64,000 nt of DNA from Octopus sinensis (GCF_006345805.1 NC_043001.1:123318001-123382000), one strand, 5' to 3'. Counted from the stretch's first letter, positions 13,962 through 28,481 are shown. Numbers and translations: made by a program. Notes: generated by a model from the letters alone, not told the origin.

Positions 13962-14928
13962 TCTATAAAGCTAAATTAACTATATTACTTCATACAGATG
14001 GCGTCTCTGAGTAATTAACTACATTTTATTTCGAAGAATAATTAAACATCGAAAATGCATAATCACAGAAGACCCTAGCCATTAAGTCATGTGCCTTATG
14101 GAGAAGAGGTAAGGTAATGCTGATAACGCATTAAACAAGACCTCCTAGACTATTGGGAAGGAGGAAGAGGGAAGGTACCCTCAAACCTGATAACTTGACC
14201 GAATTCTTGTAATAGAGTAGGCTTCACCAAAGGCACCTAAGTTCTCAGATGGTGGTGCTCAACCGATCAACAGATTAACTCTACTGTCAAAACATGCCAT
14301 AATAGGGTTTAAAATGAAAACTGAAAGAGCAGGACTAAACACAGTAAAGCATCCAGTTCGATGTTCTCATAGTTCAATCAAATTATGATGCTGGTTTGGT
14401 ACATAGTCATCGATTCCATTGAGAAGAAAGGCAAAACTGACGACAGTGTCTTTCGCCTGTAGTGTTAAGTTTTCTCATGTTTTTTTCCTGAGTTTGTCAG
14501 GAAACACGAAGCGTATCCAATATCTAAATCCTATCGTTTCGGCTATTCATGTCATTGGTTTGAAGTCTTGGTTATTGTGCAGGCCCTAGGCAAGATCTGA
14601 TCAAATTAGACCAGTGTTTCTAGTTGTGTAAGGAGCCTTGTAAGAATTGAAAAGGAGATGGCGGAGAGATTTCACTGCTTACTATAATTAAGATGATTTA
14701 AAATAGTTTAAAACTTGCCTAACACCATAGAAAAGAAAGAAGAACTATATAGATGGAAACTGTATTTTCTCTTCTTATAAATAAAAGAAAGGTAGGGTGC
14801 AAAAAGTTGGGTATAAGTTCTGGTATATGTCGTACTGAAGAAAGGACTCAATACTTTTTAGACGAGACAAATTTATTATACGTTGGGTCGCTTCAGACAA
14901 AACAACTCAAAAAGTCTCAGTCAATACA

Positions 14929-14966
<38 letters not shown>

Positions 14967-16943
14967 GCATGTATGTAAGCACAAATGCGTGAATAGTCAC
15001 AAGGCTACAGACTTAAACTGGATGGTTGCTGTGGTGTTCATTTCATGGCCTTTCTGAAAGAACATTCTGTATACATACATGTATATACAAATACACATAC
15101 ATACATATATATATATATATTATATATATATATATATGTTTATACATACATACACATATATATATATAATATATATGTATATGTACACACACACACACAC
15201 ACAAACAGACATATATAGACATATACATATATACATATGTATATATGTATATATGTATATGTATGTACATATGTAAATATATCTGTGTATATATATATAT
15301 ATACATATTGTTTTGCACACTCATACATAGTACATAATTCCTACATACACACACACACACACACACACGCACACATATATACACACATACATATATATAT
15401 AGATGCAGGCACGTTGATTGATAGGAAGACGAATTACGTTTACTGATAGATCTCTTTCCACATGTATGTAGAGAAAATAATGAAATAGTTACCAAAAAAA
15501 ATGTGAAATTTTATTTTTACATTGTTTTCTTTTTATTACTGCGAAAATATTTATATTGTTTTGGTATTTATTTCGATTAAACTGATAGTATTGATTGTAA
15601 TTTTACTGAAATTCTTAATAAAACCACGATGTGCAAAAAATAAATAAATGAATAAATAAAAGAAAAAAGAGAAGAAAAGAAAAAAAATGAACGAGCGTAT
15701 ATGTAATTCGAAATTAGTTTTATGAAAAGCTAACATGGAATCTTTTCCTGTGTGTGCTTGGGTAACTTGTGAAAATACAAAATATTAAATAAATAAAGTG
15801 AAAAACGAAAGAAATTAGGTAAAAAAAAAAACACCCTAGAAATAAGATAAATACCAAAACGTGAAATGATATTTGCATGAATCAAGAGGTTAGTGAATTG
15901 AACACTAAAACTTAATATTTGCTTGTCTGCCTCATATATGTTAGAAATTATTGGTTTCTTTTCACTGAGCACACAAATCTGATATTTTCGAGGTGCTAGA
16001 AATCAAAGCTGTGATGAAGCTGTGACCAGAACAAGCGTAACAGTGGTGAAAGGGAAATGTTCTTTTTAGGTTGTCTTAGTCACGTCATGCATGATCAAAA
16101 CAAACCTCCCCCAGTGGTCAGTGGGTGTTCGGATCATGACTGTAATGTCGTTGGCTCTATATACTATAAGTAAATTAGTTTGGCGTCTTCAGGACAACAA
16201 TATAACTTTCAAGCTGGATTGGTCCATATTGTCTGTATTCTTTCCTTTTGATAAGGGCAGGAAATATTGTGGCATTTGTAATTCCGAACTCTTCTATATC
16301 CTTTTCGCCAAGTTCCCCTTGGTTAACACATTAATAGAAAAATCCTATAAATGTAAGCATTGGCAAAAACACACTTTCCACTTATATGAATGATAAATAA
16401 TGTAGATAACCTCTCTGGTTTTAATAATTAGTTATACATTCTGTCCCCTTCTTATTTTCAGAACTTCCTCCTTCCAACCAATTTTCACGTCATTGCTTAT
16501 AACGGATTTTTAAAAAAACGCTCATTATCACTGTGGACACCATGTAGGCAGTCATAAAAAAGTTTTTGTCCATCTTGAGGCTGATAGAGGTTCCTTGTCT
16601 TTCCTGATGAGAAGACGGCATAATGCACCCTTTATTCCTTCGGAATTAAGAGTATGCAGTCTTCGAAACATGTGTTGAGAGTAAAGGAATTTTGTTAAAA
16701 TCTTCGTTCGACTCCATTCTTTCATTTATTAATATTAAAAAAAAACACACAAATTACCACACAAGAACACGGGGTTTCTGCCCTTGGCGTGTAGCTTCAA
16801 TCGTGTTTTCTGACGTGAATTTGCTACCCAGGTATCGATTAACTGAATTATCAATACTAGGATAATTCATTCACCTACTTATATGTATATATATATATAC
16901 AATTATACATATACATATATAAATATATGTATGTACTTATATA

Positions 16944-17025
<82 letters not shown>
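16944..17025. repeat. (TCTA)n
   Basis: Pure tetranucleotide array. Confidence 0.97.
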
Positions 17026-17497
17026 CGTCTATCGCCCTATGTATATATTTATACATATATCGATGCATACATATTTAGATCTATCCATACATACACGCAC
17101 AAGTATATCTACATAAATACACACATACACACACTCCTTCCCCTCACATATATACAAACATGCGCACGCACATACATACACAAACACATAAACATCTAAT
17201 AAATCTAATTTACTTCAAGTTAAAAGTACAAGCTACTTGGCCAAGCTACTTTTCCTAAAGGTTACCTCCACAAGTGCTTTTCATCAGACCGCAAAAGGCA
17301 GTACATGAATGATATAATTATCGACGAAGAAATAGAAACGAGCTGCTGTTTTATTTCAATGATGATTGATCATAAGGTACATTTATCATTAGTTGATACT
17401 AACGCACTATTTCTTTACACTATATTTCGCAGTTAATCAGTAGAATCGGGAATAAAAGTATGTCCAGCACAAATGCAAATATAAGCAGATATGAAAG

Positions 17498-17877
17498 TCT
17501 TTTACTCTTTTACTATTATACTTGTTTCAGTCATTTGACTGCGACCATTCTGGAGCACCGCCTTTAGTCGAGCAAATCGACCCCAAAACTTATTTGTTGT
17601 AAGCCTAGTACTTATTATATCGGTTTCTTTTGTCGAACCGCTAAGTTTCGGGGACGTAAACACACCACCATCGGTTGTCAAGCGATGTTGGGGAGACAAA
17701 CACAGACACAACCACACACACACACATATATATATATATATACATATATAAGACAGGCTTCTTTCAGTTTCCGTCTACCAAATCCACTCACAAGGCTTTG
17801 GTCGGCCCGAGGCTATAGTAGAAGACATTTGCCCAGTGTAGTTGGTAAGCAAGCTACTTACCACACTGCCACTCCTG
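17498..17877 (-). mobile_element. Family C SINE with internal deletion removing the B box
   Basis: Colinear with 5422-5843 except about 35 nt missing at 17834/17835. Confidence 0.88.
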
Positions 17878-18239
17878 TTTGGAAGTTTTATCAATAAAAG
17901 AATGCATACAGACATATATAGAAATATACATATATACATACATACATATATACATACATACATACACAGACACAGAGACGTACTTATAAACATACATGCA
18001 ACCACACACATATAAATACCTGCAAAGCAGAAACGTGTTCACAGCATTGTATAAACTAACCAAAGAGCTTCGTCACATTCTTAGTAACCAATACATACAT
18101 CATACATACATACATACATACATACATACATGAACACAAATATATATATATATATAATTAATTAAGAGTAGAAATTGATATTTATCAATTAAAACCAGTG
18201 GTCTGGCATATTAAAAAACAATCCGAAGATTAAAATATT

Positions 18240-18433
18240 TATATATACCAATTAAGGACTGAACACGAAAAGTGGACAGTCAACATGCTAGATATAGACG
18301 TCAAATCGCCATTCTCCACAAAAGATTATGTTCTCAAATCAAACTTTGAGAACATAATCTTTTGTGGAGAATGGCGATTTGACGTCTATATCTAGCATGT
18401 TGACTGTCCACCTTTCGTGTTCACTCCTTAATT

Positions 18434-18443
<10 letters not shown>
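18240..18443. repeat. Near-perfect long palindrome (99-bp arms, 6-nt loop)
   Basis: 18240-18338 pairs with 18345-18443 with 2 mismatches; loop TCAAAC. Confidence 0.95.
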
Positions 18444-18480
<37 letters not shown>

Positions 18481-18538
18481 TATATATAAATACAAATGAA
18501 TAAATTGACAGACAGACGAAGAAATATACATACGTATA

Positions 18539-18724
18539 CGAGGGGTGTCGAAAAGTTCGATTTTTTGGTGAAAGAAAATACAGGAGGATCAGTTAATTAT
18601 GATTTTATTCAGTATATTCCCCTCTCAGATTCACACATTTATTGCAGCAATCCAGTTTTTCTATGCCCCGTAAAAGCACCTACCGCAGTACCTTTAAAGC
18701 CAAGAACTTTTCAGTAACCCTTCG
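18539..18724. mobile_element. Non-autonomous Tc1/mariner element (MITE), 186 bp
   Basis: Termini CGAGGGGTGTCGAAAAGTTC and GAACTTTTCAGTAACCCTTCG are imperfect TIRs of mariner type (CGAGGGG...AAAAGT), flanked by TA on both sides. Confidence 0.75.
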
Positions 18725-19054
18725 TATCTCTATGCGAAGACATAGCTGTGTGGTAAAGAAACTCGCATTGCAGCGCGTCACCTTATGGAAGCGTCTACCG
18801 CTATAGCCCCCAACCGACTAACACCCTGTGATTATTTGTATATGAAACCCATGCAGTTTTATTGTTTATTTGCATCATTGTCTCCATTTATGTTCACCTG
18901 GATTCCTCTTATAGCCACTCTTTCCTCTGCGCACTTGGTACTCGGTAAAAGTTTCGGAGTGTAAATTCAAATCATTTGAGCGCTACTGTTTTCTATATTA
19001 AAAATCTCTGGATATCTCATCTATAGACTCTATCTGTTTGTGTGTGTGTGTGTG

Positions 19055-19272
<218 letters not shown>

Positions 19273-19745
19273 TTAATTGTAGATTAACTGGGATGCCAAT
19301 GGTTTCATGTCAAGTGATCTTCACAATTGTTCAAGCATGACACACGGAAGTTTTGTTACTCGTCTCCATTTTGGAGAAGATCTCTTCACATGAAAATATC
19401 GGCATCCTTGCTAACCCCAAATAAAGAATATTTATCCTGCAATGCGGTGCTGAACACTCATTTTCGCTGCTAGATGTTAGTGTTTATATATATATATATA
19501 TATATATTATATATGTGTGGATATGTGTGTGTAATTGTTTATATAGTGATATGCACATACGCACACACCTGCACATAAACCAATACATATATACACGTCT
19601 ACATATGTTCGAGCACACATGTATTTCGCTGCACTTGAGAAGCGTACAGAAATATACGTGTACATATGCTTATGCAGTTATGCACTACACATCTATATCC
19701 GTTTACACGCTTCCTACAACATGGGCACTGGAAATTATAAATGTA

Positions 19746-19797
<52 letters not shown>

Positions 19798-20220
19798 TAT
19801 ATTGATATGATTTTTTTTCTGTTCAGGTGTACATATGCACATATCCTTTTGAAGTCATTCTTTTTTAAAGTCCACATTTCAAATGTAGGTGAGGGTTTAG
19901 AAATATACGCATGAATACATATCAAGTTAGCTGGGTCTTGTCCAAATGCTGGTTTGAATAATGATGAATGAAAACTAATCGAGATGCAAAACGTATACAC
20001 GTACACATGTCCAATCTCCCTATCACAATCGATATTCGCGAGATTTCAAACTTACATAGTGAAATTACGTGACATTAACAATATTGTTTAGAATATTCTT
20101 TCGATTTTCCACGAGATACCCATAAGTAAATCACGTGAAATTTCTGTTTGAATCTTAGTTTTGTAAAGATATTTTTGTTTCAAACTTTAAATCCCTGGGT
20201 AACTAATATTGTGTCTTAGT

Positions 20221-20253
<33 letters not shown>

Positions 20254-20264
20254 AACTACTACTA

Positions 20265-20295
<31 letters not shown>

Positions 20296-20716
20296 ACTAC
20301 TACTACTGCTACTAATACTACTACTACTACTACAGATAATATCACCACCACCACCAAGACCAGGCTCCCATCATCATCATCATATCATCATCATGCTCAT
20401 CGACTTCATCGTTGTCGTCGTTGTCGTCGTTGTCGTCGTCATCGTTGTCTGTAGGTACTGAGTTCAAGTTCTGCTGTGGTCGACTTTGCATTTCATCATT
20501 TCATGGTCGATGAAATAAGTGCCATTTGGCACTGGGGTAGATGTATTCGATTTAATTCCTCACCGTAAAATTGTTGGCGTTGAGCCAAAATTTGAAATCA
20601 TTATTATTGTTATTATTGTTGTTGTTGTTGTTGTTGTTCTTCTTCTTCTTCTTCTTCTTCTTCTTCTTCTTCTTCTTCATCATCATCATCTTCTTTTTCT
20701 TCTTCTTCTTCTTCTT

Positions 20717-20747
<31 letters not shown>

Positions 20748-20765
20748 TTATTATTATTATTATTA
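20221..20765. repeat. Compound trinucleotide microsatellites flanking a SINE fragment
   Basis: CTA-CTG-CTA-CCA-TCA-TCG at 20221-20447; TTA-TTG-TTC-TCA-TTC-TTA at 20599-20765. Confidence 0.93.
20452..20598 (+). mobile_element. 5'-truncated family A SINE with (ATT)n tail
   Basis: TGAGTTCAAG...GGTCGACTTTGCATTTCATC...GGTCGATGAAATAAGT...CACTGGGGT core. Confidence 0.75.
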
Positions 20766-20858
20766 ATGCAAGTTCTTACAGTTTCGTTCCAGCACTTTCC
20801 AAACCAAAACTAATGAATGCACTTATACATGTATGTACAAATGTATGAATGAATATAT

Positions 20859-20906
<48 letters not shown>

Positions 20907-21979
20907 ATATATGTATGTATGTATGTATATATGTTATCTCCATGTAGGTGAGTACATGCATACATCTCCCTATATATGTATATGTTTATATATAAATATA
21001 CAAATTCAAAATGTGTACATTAATTACTTACAGTTGTATCCCTATGAACTAATCTAATTAATTGGATAATGCATATTTTATTGTTGCCGTATAAAACTGA
21101 CGTCTGACTCTTGCCAAGGGCATGAAAACACAAAATGCTGAAGTCGGAAGTCTGAACGAGCAAAAAATTAACGTAATGGCAATACATTGCATATATTGCA
21201 ATATAATGTATTGATGCCTTTTATGGTAATGGAAACTGGTTGGCTTCATAACAGAAAAAAAACAAGACAAATGTACATATATATATATTATATAGGCCCA
21301 CATGTATAACTACATAAAGATATTCATATATATTCTTTTATTATTTTATTTGTTTGTCAGTGGAGTATAGCAGTAGAGGGGCACGTCCCTTAAAGGTACA
21401 ATCAGACAAATTGCAGTTTACACTGCTTGTTCCCTACACATATTTCAATATTGTGGCCATTTGCGTTCTCTGCTGTGGGTTTTCTTAGTGTTTCTTGGAT
21501 GAAGATCTCTCTAACGGTACTTCAGGGTCACACTTTATTACATTATGTTAATACAGTGCTGACGCTTATTATTCGAATACGCTCAAATACATATATGTAT
21601 GCCTGTATGTATATATGTATGTATATTGTATGTATGTATGTATGTATGTATGTATGTATGTATGTATGTATGTATGTATGTATGCATGTATGTATGTATA
21701 CACACACATGCAGTGAAAAGCTTCGTTAGAAAGATTTTTTCTCCTCATGTGGCGAGTTGTAATGAAGAATATAAGAAGGAAATACTCAGAATCTATCTAT
21801 CTATATATATTTGTTAGATAAAATATTTACATAGTCAACCGAGTTCGCTTTTGCTATTCATGACAAAGAAATTAGTGAAAATATTGCAGTTTCACAGTAA
21901 GAAGTTTTTAGTCTATGCTGGTAGCAGGAAAAAGTTGTTTCATAAATGAATAAGTAGCTAAATATATCTAAGGGGAGGT

Positions 21980-22010
<31 letters not shown>

Positions 22011-22016
22011 CACACA

Positions 22017-22069
<53 letters not shown>

Positions 22070-22619
22070 ACACGAAGAAACTTGATATGGAAATCATGTA
22101 GAATATTTTAAAGAAACGAATATCTAATTCCGCTTTGAAAATATACTACTACCAGGTCGCAAATATACATTAGCGTTTAATGAGAGGAACTAGCTAACGC
22201 GGGTTTTCATCTCATATTTAGGGATATGTATAGTTATATGAACCGAAGAGGGAGCTTCACAGATGTTAGTCGACATGTTAGATATAGCAACCAAATTCTT
22301 CTGAAACCATATGTTACTATTTTGATTATAGGAGTTACTTGGTTATGTAACTAACTGCTTTCATCATTCTTCAGTAGCTGGATTGTGAAATCCTCGAAAG
22401 GTCACAGCTACTTACAAGACCAGAATGGACATGCCAAATTAGGAAGTTATAAACCATTGATGAAACTGTGAAAGAATGCATAACATCCCAAAAGGTTAAC
22501 CTGTTAAAAGGTCCATATATATATGCCTACACATACAGATGTATTTGTACACAGATATTTATGTACGTTCACAAACACATAGATACAGACATACATATGC
22601 AGATATCGGCATACCTATG

Positions 22620-23040
22620 AATACATCATTGCCTTTACAGTCATATATAAATACATACAAATATACGTACGTGCATGCATACATACATACATACATACAT
22701 ACAAATATACATACATACATACATACATACATACATACATACATACATACATACATACATGCAAATATACATACGTGCATGCATACATACATACATACAA
22801 ACATACATACATACATACATACAAACATACATACATATATACATACATACATACATACATACATACATACATACATACATACATACATACATACATGCAA
22901 ATATACATACGTGCATGCATACATACATACATACAAACATACATACATACATACATACAAACATACATACATACATACATACATACATACATACATACAT
23001 ACATACATACATACATACATACATACATACATACATACAA
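22620..23040. repeat. (TACA)n with higher-order substructure
   Basis: The variant block CAAATATAC(G/A)TACGTGCATGCAT recurs three times. Confidence 0.93.
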
Positions 23041-23221
23041 AAACATTACCTAGTTGTTATCTAAATTCCAATGAAAGAATCTTAATTCTGAGTTAGAAAC
23101 AGGCTCTTGATCTGTTTGTGAGAAATTCGAAAAATAAATGCGGGTCATATACTTATACAATCACATACATACAAACATACATACATACATACATACATAC
23201 ATACATACATACATACATACA

Positions 23222-23253
<32 letters not shown>

Positions 23254-23971
23254 CGGACACAGAGACGTACTTATAAACATATACATGCAACCACACACAT
23301 ATAAATACATGCAAAGCAGAAACGTGTTCACAGCATTGTATAAACTAACCAAAGAACTTCGTCACATTGTTAGTAGCCAATCCTTTGTTGAGTGATAAAA
23401 AAAAGACAAAATAAAATAACATAAAATAAAGGAACAAGAAAAAGCAGAGGAACAAAATGATAAAGAAGAACAAAGCAAGCATTGAAATAAAAGTGAATAA
23501 TGTTATTCTTTTACATTAGCACGATGTCTGGTATTTGTAGTAGGATAGGAAATGAAGATTTATGGTATGTATGTGTTTCCATAATGTGTTAGTAACACTG
23601 GAGATAGCAAGAGACTTTCTAATGGGGTAATCAACACGGAATAAAATAACAGCGACTGAGATAGATACTTAGTTAATTGAATACCTGCTAGTTGTGATAG
23701 TTTTTAACGAGCTTTAGAATACATCCATCCATATATACATATATACGTACGTACATACATATACATGCATACTTACATACATGTATATACATATATGTAC
23801 ATACATATACATACATATGTGTGTATATATATAATATATAATATATATCTATATTTGTATCCATATATATATATATATTAATATATATGTATATTATATT
23901 ATATATATCATATTATATAGTATGTAATTATATATATATATATATATACATATATACATATATATATATAT

Positions 23972-24043
<72 letters not shown>

Positions 24044-24924
24044 GTATATATATTATATATATATACACACAAAGTTAATCCAAACAAGAAAGCACAAAAA
24101 AAAAACAACAACGCGAGGACGTGGAACAAATAGTATTATTGGACGCTCAGGAAAGAAGGGAAGAAGGAGGGTTTAACGTTTCGAGCGGAGCTCTTCGTCG
24201 GAAATATAGGAGAAGGAAAGATCCAGAGAAGGGAAAACAGAGGAAAAAAATCGCCAACGGTACACACGAGGTCACACGTTTAGATATACCTGTATATGTA
24301 TGTATGTATTTATGTACGCATGTATGAATGCGTATGTAGAACACGACCATGCTGGATCACCTTGAACATTTTGGGTCGAACGAATCGAGCACTGATTATT
24401 TTTTCTAAAAATCTGGTACTTATTTTATCGTTCTATCGGTCTGTCTTGAAGAACCACTAGATTCGTTTGACAAAAACTCTTGACAACTGTTCCCCAGCAT
24501 AACCGCAGTTACGACCCAGACAAGTGAAAGATAATATGTGTGTGTGTGTGTGTCTGCACAGTATTCAATTTGGGAAAATATATATACATTATAGCTTCTG
24601 TCTTCTTTCCTTACTTTTACATTTTAGCTGCTCAACATCTAATCCAATTTCTTGCGAGAATGTTGCTGCGGAAATAATCTAATAGATTTACTACTTTTGC
24701 TACGATCGCAATCTACAGAGTTGCTCTCAGACTTTCTCGTGTTGGAAAGACTGTGTGCAGCATTGATAATTATCTTCTTAAACTGCTCTAAGACACTTGG
24801 TACATCTCTCTACCATCTTTTTGTCTTGGGATGCTGGGTTATCACGCTTGTTGTGTAATATGTGACGCTTATCAGAATAGTTTTCTAAACTTTATCATAT
24901 TACAGCATTTGGTGGTCTTGCTCG

Positions 24925-25410
24925 CTCCAGGCATCGAGGCGATATTTGTATTAAACAAGGCGGCAAGCTGGCAGAAACGTTAGCACACCGGGCGAAATGC
25001 TTAGCGGTATTTCGTCTGCCGTTACGTTCTGAGTTCAAATTCCGCCGAGGTCGACTTTGCCTTTCATCCTTTCGGGGTCGATTAAATAAGTACCAGTGAA
25101 GCACTGGGGTCGATATAATCGACTTAATCCGTTTGTCTGTCCTTGTTTGTCCCCTCTGTGTTTAGCCCCTTGTGGGTAGTAAAGAAATAGGTATTTGTAT
25201 TAAACCTGTGCAGACTAGGATGTGCAGCTCGTAGATCAGGGACTCTTCGGGTCGAGCCGCTCTTACTCCGCATTGAAAAGTAACAGCTTCAATACTACGG
25301 ATATGTGATGAGAAAGCTGCAGAAATGGATCGTAAGACAGATGCTCCAAACCGAATCAATCAGCAGGAGCACTAGGGATAGACAAAGAACGAGATGATTG
25401 GATTGAATAA
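24925..25410 (+). mobile_element. RTE-clade LINE ORF C-terminal remnant, interrupted by a SINE
   Basis: 25248-25410 translates RVEPLLLRIEK*QLQYYGYVMRKLQKWIVRQMLQTESISRSTRDRQRTR*LD, matching the RTE C-terminal pattern EPLLLRIE.SQLR(W/Y)FGHV.R...GRPRTRWLD. Confidence 0.7.
24959..25191 (+). mobile_element. Full-length young family A SINE with 14-bp TSD
   Basis: GGCGGC...AAGAAATAGG; TATTTGTATTAAAC at 24943-24956 and 25192-25205. Confidence 0.93.
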
Positions 25411-25834
25411 TAACTATAGTCTCAATTGCTCAAGTTTGGGGATCTAACAGTGACGTTTAATGACGGTTGTTTCAGAAAGGACCCTATGGAAGATCTACCT
25501 GCGATCTCTAACAGCACGGTCTCCGCCAGCAACAGTACGCAGAGGAAAATAGATTAAGAGAATATTCCTATTGTAAGAGTTCATAGTGTCTATTTAGGTT
25601 TGTTCGATTTTAGTCAGTTGCTTAAACATCATCGCTTATGGTTGGTACAGCAAATTTGAAAATAGCTCCGGTAATAGTTTTGCTATTTAGATTCCCCCTA
25701 CACATCTTTACATGTCTGCACACAACCTTGCGTGTTCTTTCACGTCTGTACATGTCCTTACATATTTTTATATTTCCTTATACACTCCTACATCTGCCCT
25801 CTCGTTCCTGTACATATTTACATATCAATAGTAC

Positions 25835-25875
<41 letters not shown>

Positions 25876-25889
25876 ACGAGGACGAGGTA

Positions 25890-25990
25890 AAAAAACGCTT
25901 AGGGAAATTAGAAGTCTATAAGGTTTCGAACCTACGCTCTTACACGAAACGGATAGATGAGGAGAGGGAAAACTAAAAAGAAGGGAACAG
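25890..25990 (-). mobile_element. Degraded copy of the putative Penelope-type terminal repeat seen at 61160
   Basis: AACGCTTAGGGAAATTAGAAGTCTATAAGGTTTCGAACCTACGCTCTT aligns with AACGCTTGGGAAGTGAGGAAGTCTTTTACGTTTCGAGCCTACGCTCTT (61223-61270). Confidence 0.55.
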
Positions 25991-26108
25991 GCATGTCTCT
26001 AATAGACGTCACCGCATGCTGAAATGATCGGAAGAGGAAGAAGTTGGCTTGAGACGTTGGTGGCTAGGGAGACAACAATTATCTGGCATATGCGTGAATA
26101 TGAAGCTA

Positions 26109-26163
<55 letters not shown>

Positions 26164-26479
26164 TTTACATATATACGTCCCTACATGTTCCTATATCTGT
26201 CCTGAACGAGATAGCTGCATAACCTCATAACTTAAACCCACTTATCTCTTATCCCCTCAAGACATCATATGAAAAATTCCTCTTGAATTTCTAAGATGTC
26301 CACATTTTAACTCCAGATATTGATCAACATATGTACAAATACAATATCAGGTCCCTCAGACCCATAACTCTGGGGATAGGGAGCATGTAAATATCATAGA
26401 CACTTTTAGTCTCCTCTTGAACAACTGAAAAGAAAAAGAAACAACAAAAATAAGAGCAGCATCAGCAATAACAACAACA

Positions 26480-26503
26480 AATTTGTCGACATCATCATCA
26501 TCA

Positions 26504-26542
<39 letters not shown>

Positions 26543-26567
26543 TCATCATCATCATCATCGTCATCAC

Positions 26568-26632
<65 letters not shown>

Positions 26633-26638
26633 CCATCG
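26480..26638. repeat. (CAT)n/(CGT)n compound
   Basis: Direct reading; source of the poly-Met/Thr ORF. Confidence 0.95.
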
Positions 26639-27457
26639 ACGAATACAACAGCTGCGTCATGAGTTCAAATTCCTTTATGATCGATTAATGTATTTTATCA
26701 CTGTTAGATCGATAAAATAAGTACCAGTTATGTAATGGAAGTATATATCTCAACTACATGCACGTCCGTCTTCAAGAAATCTGTTTCCTTATGAGCCAAC
26801 GAGAAACCTTCTTTGTGGACACACAACCTACTACAGACTGTAAGTGAAATCGTCTTTGAAGTACACCCTAACAGCCGTTTCGAAAAATAACCGTAGAGAT
26901 ATATTGATTATATAGTTCTAAATGCCAAAGGACAAGGTTATACCACTGTATGGCACATTTATCAAGTCTGTTCGCTAACAAATGATCTGGTTCAAAACAA
27001 CAATAACAAGAACAACAGCAACAACGACAACAACTCCACCAACATATGTTGCAGTTGTATCAGTATAGGAATATATAATTATATTCTCTTCAATTTACTA
27101 TCGCTATTATTATTGCTTAACTGAATTCTGACTCAGCTAAATTAAGGAGATGTACCAAATATAAAAAAAAATGAAACAAAACAAGTCAACAATGACTCTA
27201 CATTGAAAAGTAATACCATACATATCTCTATCAGTAAATCTCTTACAGTCGAATACTCAATAAATAAATAAATAAAAAGCTAGTGACTTGAATCCTTATA
27301 AATGTTGGATGATGTGAAGTCTTAACTCCTTAAGCCCGGCGGCATCTCATATAATCTTGAATTTTAATAAGACCTATGTTTCTCTACGGAATGTTACACT
27401 TCGGCAATAAAATATCACTTACACACTAGATAAGTGGCAAGGAGAAAAATGTATGCA

Positions 27458-27491
<34 letters not shown>

Positions 27492-27812
27492 CATATATAT
27501 ATACTAATCGTATGCGCACTAGCGTACCTACATACATATACACATCCAGACACTCTCACACACACACATAATGCGTATGCATGTATGTATGCAAAAAATA
27601 ATATATATTACGAATCATTAATTTCAACATTTTAATTCCTGATAAAAATCTGTTGTTCTTTTTTTTTTAAATTTATGTTTATTGTTTTTACTTTATATTT
27701 TAATTTTCTTTATTTTTGCAATGAGAACACTTCAAAATTGAATTTACGAAGTTTCTTTATTAACAGTTCCATCAATTCTTTGTCGATGTATGTACACACA
27801 CACACACACACA

Positions 27813-27873
<61 letters not shown>

Positions 27874-27937
27874 TAGATATACACATATATGTGTGTATGC
27901 ATATATACACACTAGCATACACAAATGCATACATACA

Positions 27938-27979
<42 letters not shown>

Positions 27980-28219
27980 TGAGGATTAAGATTCTCCAAA
28001 TGTTAATAACATTGAGTCTTGAAATAGAATGCTAGCAGTTAACAACTCAATTTATTTCCGTATATTTTAGTAATTATCATTTTTAATATAGATTTATATA
28101 CTTAATTTGTTTTATTCACAGAATTTCATATCGAAATTTGCTTTAACTCAATACTTTCACATTTGTTTCCCACCGCCCCCTCCAATATGTTTACTGGGCG
28201 TAGTGTTTTTATATATTTG

Positions 28220-28252
<33 letters not shown>

Positions 28253-28395
28253 GCATGTATATATATATTTGTCCAGAATCACGCCGGACGCGGAGGAGGA
28301 GAGAAAATAGTAATTCAGTGAAGGAGAAGTAGTGAGAGAAAGTGATAGCAATGATAGAAAAAGGAAGGGATGACAGATGAATAAGGAAGGAAGGG

Positions 28396-28435
28396 GTGGA
28401 TTTGGTAGACGGAAACTGAAAGAAGCCCGTCGTAT

Positions 28436-28481
<46 letters not shown>

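Noticed and set aside
14090-14330. GRRKRE-like string suggestive of another RTE tail
   Set aside because: Similarity too short and purine-biased to support.
16091-16700. Unique region with a 100-aa ORF and a good acceptor at 16460
   Set aside because: No recognisable homology; reading on from the acceptor soon hits a stop; no convincing donor.
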